Source of the DNA: a virus
Taxonomy: Duplodnaviria > Heunggongvirae > Uroviricota > Caudoviricetes
Direction: 5' to 3' (one strand)
DNA length: 64,000 bases
Virus record (IMG/VR): IMGVR_UViG_3300046492_000163
Location: 1 to 64,000 of that record
Made by a program: the position numbers and the translations under genes. Shown piece after piece: positions 45,265-54,054 of this stretch. Each line of letters starts with the position of its first letter. Within the stretch, counting starts at the first letter, position 1. The notes beneath the pieces are model-generated. The model was not told the origin of the DNA. It did not search any database and was given only the letters and a program-made list of their open reading frames with translations.

Positions 45265-46200
45265 ATGATCGATTTTCAGGCTGGTGTAGATTCTTTCTGC
45301 GAATACCTGCGACTTGAACGTCAAGCGTCTGTTCACACTATCCAAGCCCGTCGTCGTGACCTGGCTAAAGTGATTGCCTACTGCAAGGCCTGCCATATCC
45401 CTGACTGGTCCTCCTTTGAGGCTGCGAACATGCGGGGCTTGGTCGCAAAGATGAACGAGAATGGTCAAGAGGCAAACAGCGTCAAGCGTCTGATGTCTTC
45501 CGTCCGTAGATTGTTCCGCCACCTCAAGTTGCAGAACGTGATCGCTGATGGTCATAACCCGCTTCATAAAGTGGACACACCAAAGGGTCACAAACGGCTT
45601 CCTCGGCACCTGCTCTCCTATGAGTCTGGCGACATGCTCGATGCTGAAGTGGAAGACACTTTCATTGCCCGTCGTGACCATGCCATTGTTGAACTTTTCT
45701 ACTCTTCTGGCCTTCGCCTCACTGAACTAGTGAACCTCGACATGGAGCACGTAGACTTCAACGACAAGTTGGTAACGGTAGTTGGCAAGGGCAATAAGAC
45801 CCGGATCGTTCCAGTGGGTCGCAAGGCTCTGGAGTCGCTTCAGGAATGGTTCAAGCACCGCGACCTGGTGGAAGCAAAGGGCAAGGCGATCTTCATCAGC
45901 CAGCAGGGCCAACGCCTCACCGGGCGGGCTGTCCGCATGCGGGTAGAAGCCATGGGCAAGAGCAAGCTGGGCCGTCACCTGTACCCGCACATGCTCCGTC
46001 ATTCCTTTGCCACAGATATGTTGTCTTCGTGCCACGACTTGCGTGTTGTACAGGAGCTGCTCGGTCACGCAGACATCAAGACCACGCAGATTTACACGCA
46101 CTTGGATTACGGCCATCTTGCAGGGGTGTACAACAATGCTCACCCACGGGCTAAACGCATTACAACTGATTCCGATATTGGAAAGAGCCATGAACTATAA
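45265..46200 (+). CDS. XerC/XerD-like tyrosine recombinase
   Basis: 311 aa; C-terminus HMLRHSFATDMLSSCHDLRVVQELLGHADIKTTQIYTHLDYGHLAGVYNNAHPRAKR near-identical in pattern to XerC; GGGAG RBS. Confidence 0.85.
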   Translation: MIDFQAGVDSFCEYLRLERQASVHTIQARRRDLAKVIAYCKACHIPDWSSFEAANMRGLVAKMNENGQEANSVKRLMSSVRRLFRHLKLQNVIADGHNPLHKVDTPKGHKRLPRHLLSYESGDMLDAEVEDTFIARRDHAIVELFYSSGLRLTELVNLDMEHVDFNDKLVTVVGKGNKTRIVPVGRKALESLQEWFKHRDLVEAKGKAIFISQQGQRLTGRAVRMRVEAMGKSKLGRHLYPHMLRHSFATDMLSSCHDLRVVQELLGHADIKTTQIYTHLDYGHLAGVYNNAHPRAKRITTDSDIGKSHEL

Positions 46201-46579
46201 GGGTTTCCGCATTGAGAATGATCCAGCTTACATCTGGCGTACCTACTGCTGGGGTTCGCATGCTGGGCATAACCATGTAGCTTGTTGGTACGTGTTCAAT
46301 GCGGAAGGTAAGCGTGTTACAGGGGGTTATACTTCGGGGAACAATACCCGTAGTGGTTCGGTTGATCTGGCACGTCGCAAAGATGCCAAGGCCTGGGTAG
46401 ATGGTTATTGTGCCTACCGCGATGAGCCAGAACATCGGGAGATTTGTGCTAATGGTACTGCCGTGTATGCACCAACTTATGCCCTGCACGCTCTTGATAC
46501 GGAACAACAAGCATCTTTTGATGCTGGTTACTGGGATGCACAAAGACAAATCCAGCGAGTTAAACTCAGCACTAGCTAA
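46190..46579 (+). CDS. hypothetical Cys/His-rich protein
   Basis: start MNYKGFRIEN overlapping recombinase stop. Confidence 0.45.
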   Translation: MNYKGFRIENDPAYIWRTYCWGSHAGHNHVACWYVFNAEGKRVTGGYTSGNNTRSGSVDLARRKDAKAWVDGYCAYRDEPEHREICANGTAVYAPTYALHALDTEQQASFDAGYWDAQRQIQRVKLSTS

Positions 46580-46591
46580 GGAGTAATATAG

Positions 46592-46915
46592 ATGGCGATA
46601 GTACAGAAGATTACCCTGGTGGATCGAGGTCAGGATTTCACTGAGTGGTACGTGCGAGATACTGTTGTTATTGATTGCCAGCCTTTCAGTGGTGCGATGT
46701 GGGTTGGCACTCAGATAGAGTTGCCCGAGGGGCCACTGAAAGTTGGCAGCACCCTGCATATTCGCACCCCCATTAAGAAGTGGGAAACTACTACCCTTAA
46801 CTATCCGGTTGAGGCCATTGAAGTCTTGTCGGACGTAGAGGCTGCTGAAGTGGAAGATATTGGTCGTCGTTGGGCCGGTCTGCGAGGTATCGCTGCATCA
46901 GAATGGGGGCTGTAA
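46592..46915 (+). CDS. hypothetical protein
   Basis: 107 aa. Confidence 0.5.
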   Translation: MAIVQKITLVDRGQDFTEWYVRDTVVIDCQPFSGAMWVGTQIELPEGPLKVGSTLHIRTPIKKWETTTLNYPVEAIEVLSDVEAAEVEDIGRRWAGLRGIAASEWGL

Positions 46916-46917
46916 TC

Positions 46918-47193
46918 ATGACCCCTATTATTGAAATCGAGCCAGCAAGGAAGTTAATGAGTCTGGCAGCAGAACTAGCGGCCCGTCGTCCACTTCGGCC
47001 TCTAGAGGATCTTTGCCAGCGGCAAAAGTCTGTCACTACTTCGCGGCTTCTTGAGTCCGTCGAGATGTGCGGAGATACACTGGCTCAGATTGCCTATGAA
47101 ATCCGCCAAGCCTATGACAAAATGCAAGCCACTATCGAGCAACAGGCCGCAGAGTTGGCTGAGTACCGAGGAAAGAATGACATCGCTAGCTGA
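46918..47193 (+). CDS. hypothetical protein
   Basis: start MTPIIEIEP. Confidence 0.45.
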   Translation: MTPIIEIEPARKLMSLAAELAARRPLRPLEDLCQRQKSVTTSRLLESVEMCGDTLAQIAYEIRQAYDKMQATIEQQAAELAEYRGKNDIAS

Positions 47194-47656
47194 AGCCCTT
47201 CGCCCTGCTGCTCTACAGGATGAATTCACCGCCTGGATGCTGAAGGAAGATGGTGGGGGTTACATAGGTGCAAGGAGACTTCCTGACGGAAGTTACGCGG
47301 GGGTACTTCGGCTCGCATTTACCTATGGCCTGTGCCTGGGTGTGGACCGGGGTTGTCCTGCAACCAAGCGTTATTGCTTCGAACACATCTATGACTGCCT
47401 AATTGCCTTTGAGCAACTAACGTCATCCGACGATGAGCCTGTAGGTTGGGTGGCAAGTCGGCCCAAGCAACTAGAAGAGGACTGGAACCCCGTCGTCACT
47501 GCTCCACGCGACGGCACTATTATTCGCATGGCTAACTTCGCCTTTGGGCACTGCCACTATTGCCGCTCTGCTGCCTATCAAAATGGTGAGTGGATCGAGG
47601 TCGATAGTTCCAGAGAGGGGCAGCCCCTGAAAGACCCCACGCACTGGCTACCGTAA
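47177..47656 (+). CDS. hypothetical Cys-containing protein
   Basis: start MTSLAEALRP with GAGGAAAG RBS. Confidence 0.45.
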   Translation: MTSLAEALRPAALQDEFTAWMLKEDGGGYIGARRLPDGSYAGVLRLAFTYGLCLGVDRGCPATKRYCFEHIYDCLIAFEQLTSSDDEPVGWVASRPKQLEEDWNPVVTAPRDGTIIRMANFAFGHCHYCRSAAYQNGEWIEVDSSREGQPLKDPTHWLP

Positions 47657-47670
47657 CTTGCAGGCAAAGA

Positions 47671-47698
47671 AAAGCCCCGCTCTTGGCGGGGCTTTTTA
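47671..47698. terminator. bidirectional intrinsic terminator at strand switch
   Basis: AGCCCCGC-tcttg-GCGGGGCT + TTTTATT. Confidence 0.65.
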
Positions 47699-48409
47699 TT
47701 AACTATTTGAAGTAGACTCTTTAACCTTGGCCCGGTAGCCCCGTTCTGTCCAGTGCTTGTTCCCGGCCAGTATGTCTTCGATGATTGCCTTCTTGGAGTT
47801 TGCTGGAACTGTCTCACCCCGGATGTTCACGAACGTAGGCGGATCCAGCAGTCGCCCATCTGCTGAGATGTCGAAGCCCAAGAACTCAAAGAATTCTTTC
47901 TCTGTACCAGGTAACTTGGCGGCACCTGCGTTCTTCATCGCCTCGATGCTCGTTCCGCCGTGGCTGATGATGTACACGGTCCCCTTTGGAGCCTCAGTAG
48001 ATCGGTCCCGGCGTGGTGTCTTCTTGCCCTTGTGCAGGCCTTCCTGTGTCGTCTGGAGAACCAGTAGGCCCAGCTCGTACACCAGCGACTTGTAGTCCCT
48101 CGGGAAGGCCCTCATGACCTCGGCAAAGGTGAAGTCTTCAGCGATCTGGTGCAGGCGGGAGTTGCGTTGCTCTTCGTCCTGCTTCGCCTTCTTCAGTTCG
48201 TCTGTGAGCCTGAAGATTGCCTCTGTATCGCCTTGGCCTGCGGCCTCATGAATGCGGCGAGTGAGGTCCGCTGCCCTAGCATCGTTTCGATTCTGGAATA
48301 ACCGATCGATCACGGCGTTCGCACTGCTGCGGGATACTGGGTTCAGGTCCGCGTCTTGGGTTGCCCCCTTGTACACCATCTCATAATCGATTAGCGCTTC
48401 ACTATTCAT
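47699..48409 (-). CDS. hypothetical protein
   Basis: 236 aa. Confidence 0.5.
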   Translation of the reverse strand: MNSEALIDYEMVYKGATQDADLNPVSRSSANAVIDRLFQNRNDARAADLTRRIHEAAGQGDTEAIFRLTDELKKAKQDEEQRNSRLHQIAEDFTFAEVMRAFPRDYKSLVYELGLLVLQTTQEGLHKGKKTPRRDRSTEAPKGTVYIISHGGTSIEAMKNAGAAKLPGTEKEFFEFLGFDISADGRLLDPPTFVNIRGETVPANSKKAIIEDILAGNKHWTERGYRAKVKESTSNS

Positions 48410-48482
48410 TCTGGCATCCCTGATATGCGTGTCGAGGCAGACATCTTACGGAAAATCTCCCCGAGTAGGAAGCCATCGCCTG

Positions 48483-49082
48483 TCAAGCCTTCGGGGGGAA
48501 GAAGTCTCGGATATCTGCCCAGACTTCATCAATGAAGACTAGCCCATGTGCTACATGGATTTGCTTCAAGTTGATCTGTGGAACTATGCTCTCACCCGGT
48601 GGAACTTCCGTATTGCAGAAGTGGGGACTGTCAGCGAGGTTCTGATGTAGACGGCAGGCCATTGGGCGAGCTTCATAGATACTGCACTTGCCCTTCACCA
48701 GGAATGGGCATGGTACACCGCGCCATTTATGTACGCCTGCCTCATGATCCGTATTTGCATCCAACTTCTTGGGCTTACGCTTTGCGGCCTTGCCCATTAT
48801 CTGGGCTTCTGTCTCAGTAATAATTGTTGCGATGCTGCAACAGTAGCTACAGTTGGCCTTACATGCAGTAAATGGTCTAACCGCCTTACTAAACTCTCCC
48901 GCAACTTCCAAGAAGCGTTGGGCCTTAGCCCGTTTCGGGATATCTAGTTTGTTCACGCGCTTGAATGCAGCTTCGAACTTCACTAAGTCAACCGTATTGT
49001 TCAGGCGTTCTATATTGACTTCAGCCTGACGTATGGCTTCTGCTTTCAACTCTTCGATAAGTGTTACGGGAATCTTTTCCAT
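48483..49082 (-). CDS. Cys-rich putative Fe-S/Zn protein (YkgJ/UPF0153-like CxxCxxCC motif)
   Basis: CKANCSYCC ... CPFLVKGKCSIYEARPMACR. Confidence 0.45.
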   Translation of the reverse strand: MEKIPVTLIEELKAEAIRQAEVNIERLNNTVDLVKFEAAFKRVNKLDIPKRAKAQRFLEVAGEFSKAVRPFTACKANCSYCCSIATIITETEAQIMGKAAKRKPKKLDANTDHEAGVHKWRGVPCPFLVKGKCSIYEARPMACRLHQNLADSPHFCNTEVPPGESIVPQINLKQIHVAHGLVFIDEVWADIRDFFPPKA

Positions 49083-49083
49083 C

Positions 49084-49314
49084 TCACTTTCCTACAGTAG
49101 CAAGCATTGTCTTGAAGTCTCGTAGCCAGCTTTCAGTTTCTAGGTAGTATTCTCTATCTGCTGGAACAAGTCTGGATAAGGCTTGTTCGATTGTTTCGTC
49201 CTGACGCTTATAGAACGAAGCGCTCGCAACTCGTAGCCTATCCTCGTAGTCCCTGATCGCAGGAAGCAGGAGTTCTCTTAGGACTTCATTCTCGCCATGC
49301 TCGTACTTAGCCAT
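49084..49314 (-). CDS. hypothetical protein
   Basis: 76 aa. Confidence 0.45.
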   Translation of the reverse strand: MAKYEHGENEVLRELLLPAIRDYEDRLRVASASFYKRQDETIEQALSRLVPADREYYLETESWLRDFKTMLATVGK

Positions 49315-49332
49315 TTTCGCCTCCCGATAGAC

Positions 49333-49527
49333 TTACGCTTCCGGTGTTTCGGCTGGAATACTAACTGCACCCTTGTACGCCATGTTACGACGACTGCCAC
49401 AGCAGCTAGGGTGCGGGGTGTTCTCTGCATCCTTTAGCACTGGCTCCAGATGCTCTTTCAAGCACCCTCGGCACACGTACTTAAAGTGTGTTGTCTTGTT
49501 GTCCATCGTTTTTCTCCCGTGAGGCAA
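49333..49527 (-). CDS. small zinc-ribbon-like protein (CRGC...CCG)
   Basis: 64 aa. Confidence 0.4.
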   Translation of the reverse strand: MPHGRKTMDNKTTHFKYVCRGCLKEHLEPVLKDAENTPHPSCCGSRRNMAYKGAVSIPAETPEA

Positions 49528-49705
49528 ACGTGCGTGTCCTATTAATCCGGGTTGCGATGTTCTTTACTTCATCGCAGCAGAGTTTGTACTCTTCCTCGGT
49601 CAATTCCTCTGCCCAAGGCTGCCAGATTATCTCCAGGTTATCGACAGCGCCTTGAGCAAGTGCCCTCACTCTGTCTTTTAACCAGGCAGCCCGGTCAGTG
49701 TTCAT
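49481..49705 (-). CDS. hypothetical protein
   Basis: 74 aa; overlaps previous gene start. Confidence 0.4.
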   Translation of the reverse strand: MNTDRAAWLKDRVRALAQGAVDNLEIIWQPWAEELTEEEYKLCCDEVKNIATRINRTRTFASREKNDGQQDNTL

Positions 49706-49716
49706 ATCATCTCCCG

Positions 49717-49938
49717 CTACGGGTAGGCCCGCTTAAACGCTGCTGTCGCTTGCCAGTTCAATACAGAGTGAGCATAGACCATGTTACCTGGATAAGTCTT
49801 GTTATACATGGCAAAATCCAAGGAGGCTTGGGGCTTACTGATCGAGAAAAAGTCTACCAACTGGCGGGGTGCTACGAACCCGTAGCTCGCCAGAAGGAAG
49901 TCAATGAGCCGCAGCCGTTGTTCAAGGGCGTAGGTCAT
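49717..49938 (-). CDS. small HTH protein, tandem paralogue A
   Basis: MTYALEQRLRLIDFLLASYG... Confidence 0.5.
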   Translation of the reverse strand: MTYALEQRLRLIDFLLASYGFVAPRQLVDFFSISKPQASLDFAMYNKTYPGNMVYAHSVLNWQATAAFKRAYP

Positions 49939-50156
49939 GGATAGACACGCTTAAAGTCAGCGGTGGCTAGCCAGGATTTCTCAGAACTCCCGTACACCAT
50001 GTTGCTGGGGTGCAATTCGTTGTACAGGGCGAAATCGCGGGTTGCTTGCGGGAGGCTGATCCCGAAGTAATCGATTAAATGGCGTGGACCCACACTGGCA
50101 TAGTTAGCCAGCAGGAAATCAATTAGCCGCATGCGTTGCTCGATGGCGTAAGTCAT
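49935..50156 (-). CDS. small HTH protein, tandem paralogue B
   Basis: MTYAIEQRMRLIDFLLANYA...; ~60% identical to A. Confidence 0.5.
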   Translation of the reverse strand: MTYAIEQRMRLIDFLLANYASVGPRHLIDYFGISLPQATRDFALYNELHPSNMVYGSSEKSWLATADFKRVYP

Positions 50157-50289
50157 AGCGAGAATATCACAATGGCTGAGATTTCCAGTATCAGTTCAAA
50201 GAACGATATACATATCGCGTAGAACCAGTTGTCTTCGGTAATTACACGCTTGCCGCGTGCCCAAGTGGCGCAGATAGCTATGATCATGG

Positions 50290-50826
50290 TCAGTCGAGCA
50301 CCTTGAGGGCGGGATTAATTGCAATTGCAGCGGATTGCAAGGCATAGAGTTGTCGTTGGAGGTTGATCCACCGTATCAGGGTCAAGACGAACCAGTCGTT
50401 CATAGACGCTCTCTCAAAAAGAGAGTTTTCAATTCCGTCACGAACAACATCCCGCACATCTGGCGGGAAGCGTAGAACAAACTTTTTAGGAGTAATCAAC
50501 TGGCTCCACTCAAACTCTGGCAAGGCTGCCAGTACGTGAGCACTGACTTCATCGCCTAAGTGCCCGACCAGAATATTCAGCATGGCGGAAGTACGTTCCC
50601 ACTCGCTAATCCCCTCTAGCACCGCCATTTGAGCTTCAGAGTTTCTGCTACGGCAGAACCGGATGCCAAGGGTATCTAGTTCTTGCCACAACTCCAGGTA
50701 GCCACGGATAACGAACTTATCAGCAGTACGGCTGTTCGTCTTTTGAGGCGATTTTGGTGCCTCATTTGCAGCACTAACTGCCTGCTCTAGGGTGTCTGTA
50801 GCTCGTTGCATAATCAGAGATGTCAT
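50290..50826 (-). CDS. hypothetical protein
   Basis: 178 aa. Confidence 0.5.
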   Translation of the reverse strand: MTSLIMQRATDTLEQAVSAANEAPKSPQKTNSRTADKFVIRGYLELWQELDTLGIRFCRSRNSEAQMAVLEGISEWERTSAMLNILVGHLGDEVSAHVLAALPEFEWSQLITPKKFVLRFPPDVRDVVRDGIENSLFERASMNDWFVLTLIRWINLQRQLYALQSAAIAINPALKVLD

Positions 50827-50863
50827 TACACTTGCCTATTTTCAACTGCTACTTGGTCAACTA

Positions 50864-51199
50864 CTAGAATCGACTGCCAAAAACCATGTCTTTCAGTGCG
50901 AACGCACGCATAGCGCCCTTGTCGTGATCGATGGCGTACATCAACCACTGCTCTTCTGGGTGGTGCTCCGTCTTGCCGAACTCAAATCGAATAGGAGTGG
51001 CCCGACGTTCGGAAAATTCGCCTCGGTAGTTGGTGTAACCGAAGGAAAATACGTCGCCCTTCGCTCCTGCCCAGTGCTGATCGTTGATTTCCAGGCACTG
51101 GCGGCAGAAGCCACGCTTGATTTCACGCTCAGTCTCGGAATACCCACGGCAGTGCATGTAAAGTTGGCACTCTGGTGGGGCTTTTGTTATATTAGTCAT
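50864..51199 (-). CDS. zinc-ribbon protein (CQLYMHC...CRQC)
   Basis: start MTNITKAPPE with GGAGAG RBS. Confidence 0.45.
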   Translation of the reverse strand: MTNITKAPPECQLYMHCRGYSETEREIKRGFCRQCLEINDQHWAGAKGDVFSFGYTNYRGEFSERRATPIRFEFGKTEHHPEEQWLMYAIDHDKGAMRAFALKDMVFGSRF

Positions 51200-51536
51200 T
51201 ACAAGCTCTCCGATGAGCTGCTGCTGTCTTCTGAATAATCCACCGACTAACCCCAAACTTGTCTGCCACCTCTTGCTGAGTGTGATGTTCAAGTAGGATT
51301 AGTGCCTGAACCTTCTGCTCCGCAGTTAGCGATGAGACTATCCCCCGTGGCCTGGATGCAACTCCTAGGATTTTGAGAACTCGGGCGACAGATAGAGAGG
51401 AAGCTCCGTGACGTTCGCCAATACTCTTCATAGATTCCTTGGCTAAGTACCGTTGCTTTACATCTTCAAGTTGGTCGCGTTTCCAGATGTGCTTGCAATG
51501 ATACTTTGCCTGTTGTAACTGTAGATCCGTAACCAT
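51192..51536 (-). CDS. HTH DNA-binding protein (two HTH-like segments)
   Basis: SMKSIGERHGASSLSVARVLK and TQQEVADKFGVSRWIIQK. Confidence 0.5.
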   Translation of the reverse strand: MVTDLQLQQAKYHCKHIWKRDQLEDVKQRYLAKESMKSIGERHGASSLSVARVLKILGVASRPRGIVSSLTAEQKVQALILLEHHTQQEVADKFGVSRWIIQKTAAAHRRACND

Positions 51537-51670
51537 TCCCTATCACAGCTCCATTTATTATTTTGTAACGCTCTGGTGAGGCATGTAAACTGGGATTGGT
51601 ACATCCCTTAGTGCAACTGTGGCAATCGCTGATGCCCATATTGCCACTATGAGGCTGAGTGTAAGAGTTT

Positions 51671-51919
51671 TCAGCATAGAAGTAAACCGCGTTTTGACAG
51701 GATGTCGTAGATCCCCGTCCAGGTGCTGGCCCCCTCGTGGAAGGCCGGGAACCAGACGTACCAGCCACAGTGCGGGCTGACCCTGCCCTTGGCTAAACGC
51801 ATCATCTGGATCATGTCGACCTTGGTCTGCCACCAGATATTCTCAGTCTTCAGGATCAGGGTTGGTAAGGCAAGGTCGGCCTCTGGGCCATGGTAAATAA
51901 TTGTCTGGATGTGGCTCAT
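51671..51919 (-). CDS. hypothetical protein
   Basis: 82 aa; preferred over the overlapping 51558..51833 ORF. Confidence 0.4.
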   Translation of the reverse strand: MSHIQTIIYHGPEADLALPTLILKTENIWWQTKVDMIQMMRLAKGRVSPHCGWYVWFPAFHEGASTWTGIYDILSKRGLLLC

Positions 51920-52116
51920 GGGTAGTCTTCTGCGTTAAAGTCTTGGCCCCACGCATCTAGTGCTTCTTTCAAAGTGAAGTGATAAACAACTGGTGGGGCG
52001 ATATAAGTGCGTGTGTATTCCCGAATAGCTTCGTTCATTGGCAAGTCTCGCCAGTAAATACGCCCTTCTTGGGACAGGCATTCAGGACATTGTTGATTCT
52101 TCGTAACTGTAGTCAT
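51916..52116 (-). CDS. hypothetical small protein
   Basis: 66 aa. Confidence 0.45.
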   Translation of the reverse strand: MTTVTKNQQCPECLSQEGRIYWRDLPMNEAIREYTRTYIAPPVVYHFTLKEALDAWGQDFNAEDYP

Positions 52117-52318
52117 CTTCTACCGCCTCTTTGGGGCTCACGATCAGCTCTCCACCCTCATCCAGGTTACGGTACATGAGACTGGTTGCGTAAATACCCG
52201 CAGCAGCTTGTTCATCAGGGCCAAACATACCCGTCAGGATAAGTAGGTCTGCAACTTCCTGTTTCCAGTATTTCCGCTCTGCTGCTTGGCGATTTACGCG
52301 GGTAGTTCCGTGATTCAT
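52082..52318 (-). CDS. hypothetical protein
   Basis: 78 aa. Confidence 0.45.
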   Translation of the reverse strand: MNHGTTRVNRQAAERKYWKQEVADLLILTGMFGPDEQAAAGIYATSLMYRNLDEGGELIVSPKEAVEDDYSYEESTMS

Positions 52319-52606
52319 TCTAGTTCCTTTTCCAACTCTTTGATACGAGCTTCCAGCTCAAGTATCTTGTAACGCTTCTCGATGTTCCGCTTTACCGCTT
52401 CGGCGTGCTTCGGAGAGTCATAAAATTGTGGGTTGTCGTCTACCCACGCAAGTTCCCATGCCATCAATCACGCACCCTGAAACCTTCAACTTCATATTCA
52501 TCTTCGGCGTGACCGCGTGCTTGTGCCCATAGATGAGCAAGTTCGCGTTCGGCAAACGGATGTGGATACCACTGCATCGTCTTCAACACCCTGACTAGGT
52601 AGACGT

Positions 52607-52834
52607 TCATCGCATCACGTCCGCCATAGTTACGGCACCGTCTTCAATCGCCTGAGTTTGCTTCGCCATCTCTTCAAACTGACGCCAGTGTTTGGTTGCA
52701 TCCACCACAAACTTGCATTCACGGGTATTCAAACCCAAGTAGTAGTCTGCCAAGACTTCCAAGCGACGGATCTTTTCTTTATCGGAGAGCCGATCATATT
52801 GGCGTTGCAACTTACCAAGTTCTTCGTGTTTCAT
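52607..52834 (-). CDS. hypothetical protein
   Basis: 75 aa. Confidence 0.45.
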   Translation of the reverse strand: MKHEELGKLQRQYDRLSDKEKIRRLEVLADYYLGLNTRECKFVVDATKHWRQFEEMAKQTQAIEDGAVTMADVMR

Positions 52835-53061
52835 GTGTGCTTACACTCTATAATAGTTCCGTTAAACCCCGTGTACGGGGCAGTTCGATCATACTCAAGC
52901 CATTTTGACTTATGGTATGACCTGAAAGAAAATTCTTTGGCAATCTCTACCGCGAAAGGGTCGCAGAGTTCGTCAATGTTAAAAAAGAGGTCGTCTATCG
53001 AGCACGATAGAGTCCCTAGATACTCTTTGTTCTCTTTTAGTCGGATAATCCAGCGTGCCAT
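52831..53061 (-). CDS. hypothetical protein
   Basis: 76 aa. Confidence 0.45.
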   Translation of the reverse strand: MARWIIRLKENKEYLGTLSCSIDDLFFNIDELCDPFAVEIAKEFSFRSYHKSKWLEYDRTAPYTGFNGTIIECKHT

Positions 53062-53074
53062 CTAGCCCCCCTTA

Positions 53075-53428
53075 TTATTTATTTGCTAAACTTAGTGGTA
53101 ATCCACGCATCCGCCCTATTAGATAGTTCAGATCCGGTGGCGGTACTGGTACATGGAATTCAATGCGGGAGAACTGTCTCCCGGCATGCTTTAATACCCA
53201 GCGGTTCGGCTTTTCACTATCTACATACGCATCTTGAGGGCAAGTCCAATGCCACCGGTACGTGCGACCCTGGTATTCGACTTTTGCTTTATTTGCTCGA
53301 TGGTTGAACTCCAGTCCCTGATGCCCGCAGAACCTTGCAGCATGCTCATCTATAGCCGCCTCATCTTCCATGACAAACAGCGTACATGGGTCGTGCATCT
53401 CTTCACTGAAACTGAGAATAAAGGCCAT
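53075..53428 (-). CDS. hypothetical protein
   Basis: 117 aa. Confidence 0.5.
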   Translation of the reverse strand: MAFILSFSEEMHDPCTLFVMEDEAAIDEHAARFCGHQGLEFNHRANKAKVEYQGRTYRWHWTCPQDAYVDSEKPNRWVLKHAGRQFSRIEFHVPVPPPDLNYLIGRMRGLPLSLANK

Positions 53429-53730
53429 TACTGGTCCCCCTGCTCAGGCTTCTTGAAGCGGCTCGCTATTACTTCGACACTGGCCCAAATAACCTTCAGG
53501 TTCTTCAGGAGCAGTTCGCAAAATACGTGTCCCGCGTAATACAAACCTACAACGACGATGAGCGGCCAGCCGAGAGGCCAGAAGACCGCTAAGATCATCC
53601 CCAAGGCGTTGGTAAACTCGTGATCAGTCTTGATAAAGAACCAGCACCAAGTTTGGAATGGCTTCGTTGACATAAACCCAATGAGTGAGTAAAGTGCGAC
53701 GACAAACAACAGTAACAATACACCTTCCAT
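53428..53730 (-). CDS. membrane protein (3 TM)
   Basis: 100 aa hydrophobic. Confidence 0.5.
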   Translation of the reverse strand: MEGVLLLLFVVALYSLIGFMSTKPFQTWCWFFIKTDHEFTNALGMILAVFWPLGWPLIVVVGLYYAGHVFCELLLKNLKVIWASVEVIASRFKKPEQGDQ

Positions 53731-53826
53731 TAAAACTCCTATGACGCTCTGTACGCGCCTAGTGGGATACCTAGTATGTTGGTATCCCGTCCATGTTAAA
53801 ACCTCCCAAAACGCACTACAGAGCGT

Positions 53827-54054
53827 TTAAAGAGGGGTATTCCCCCACCAGGGTGCATTGGGATGATAAGGGTTTTCTAAGTAGCGTTTGGGTGGCAGTA
53901 GATACCGCTCCAACAACTGCCTAATTACATCGTGTGGCTTTCCTTGGTAACTGAATACCGTAACTGTGCCGTCCTTGTATGTATAAACGATTTCACAGTT
54001 CTCTAGGGTTAGTAGGGTTACTTCACTCATCTTGCCGTCCTTGACGCTAACCAA
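53827..54054 (-). CDS. hypothetical protein
   Basis: 75 aa. Confidence 0.45.
   Translation of the reverse strand: MVSVKDGKMSEVTLLTLENCEIVYTYKDGTVTVFSYQGKPHDVIRQLLERYLLPPKRYLENPYHPNAPWWGNTPL

Noticed and set aside
50160-50287. 40-aa minus-strand membrane-peptide ORF in the 50157..50289 gap; also ~50-aa ORFs at 52318..52470 and 52464..52610 and 62349..62492
   Set aside because: They are plausible coupled mini-genes but too short to support from sequence alone. Left unannotated.
51558-51833. 91-aa minus ORF overlapping 51671..51919
   Set aside because: Pro/Gly/Arg-rich N-terminus. The alternative frame gives a more protein-like product and better coupling.
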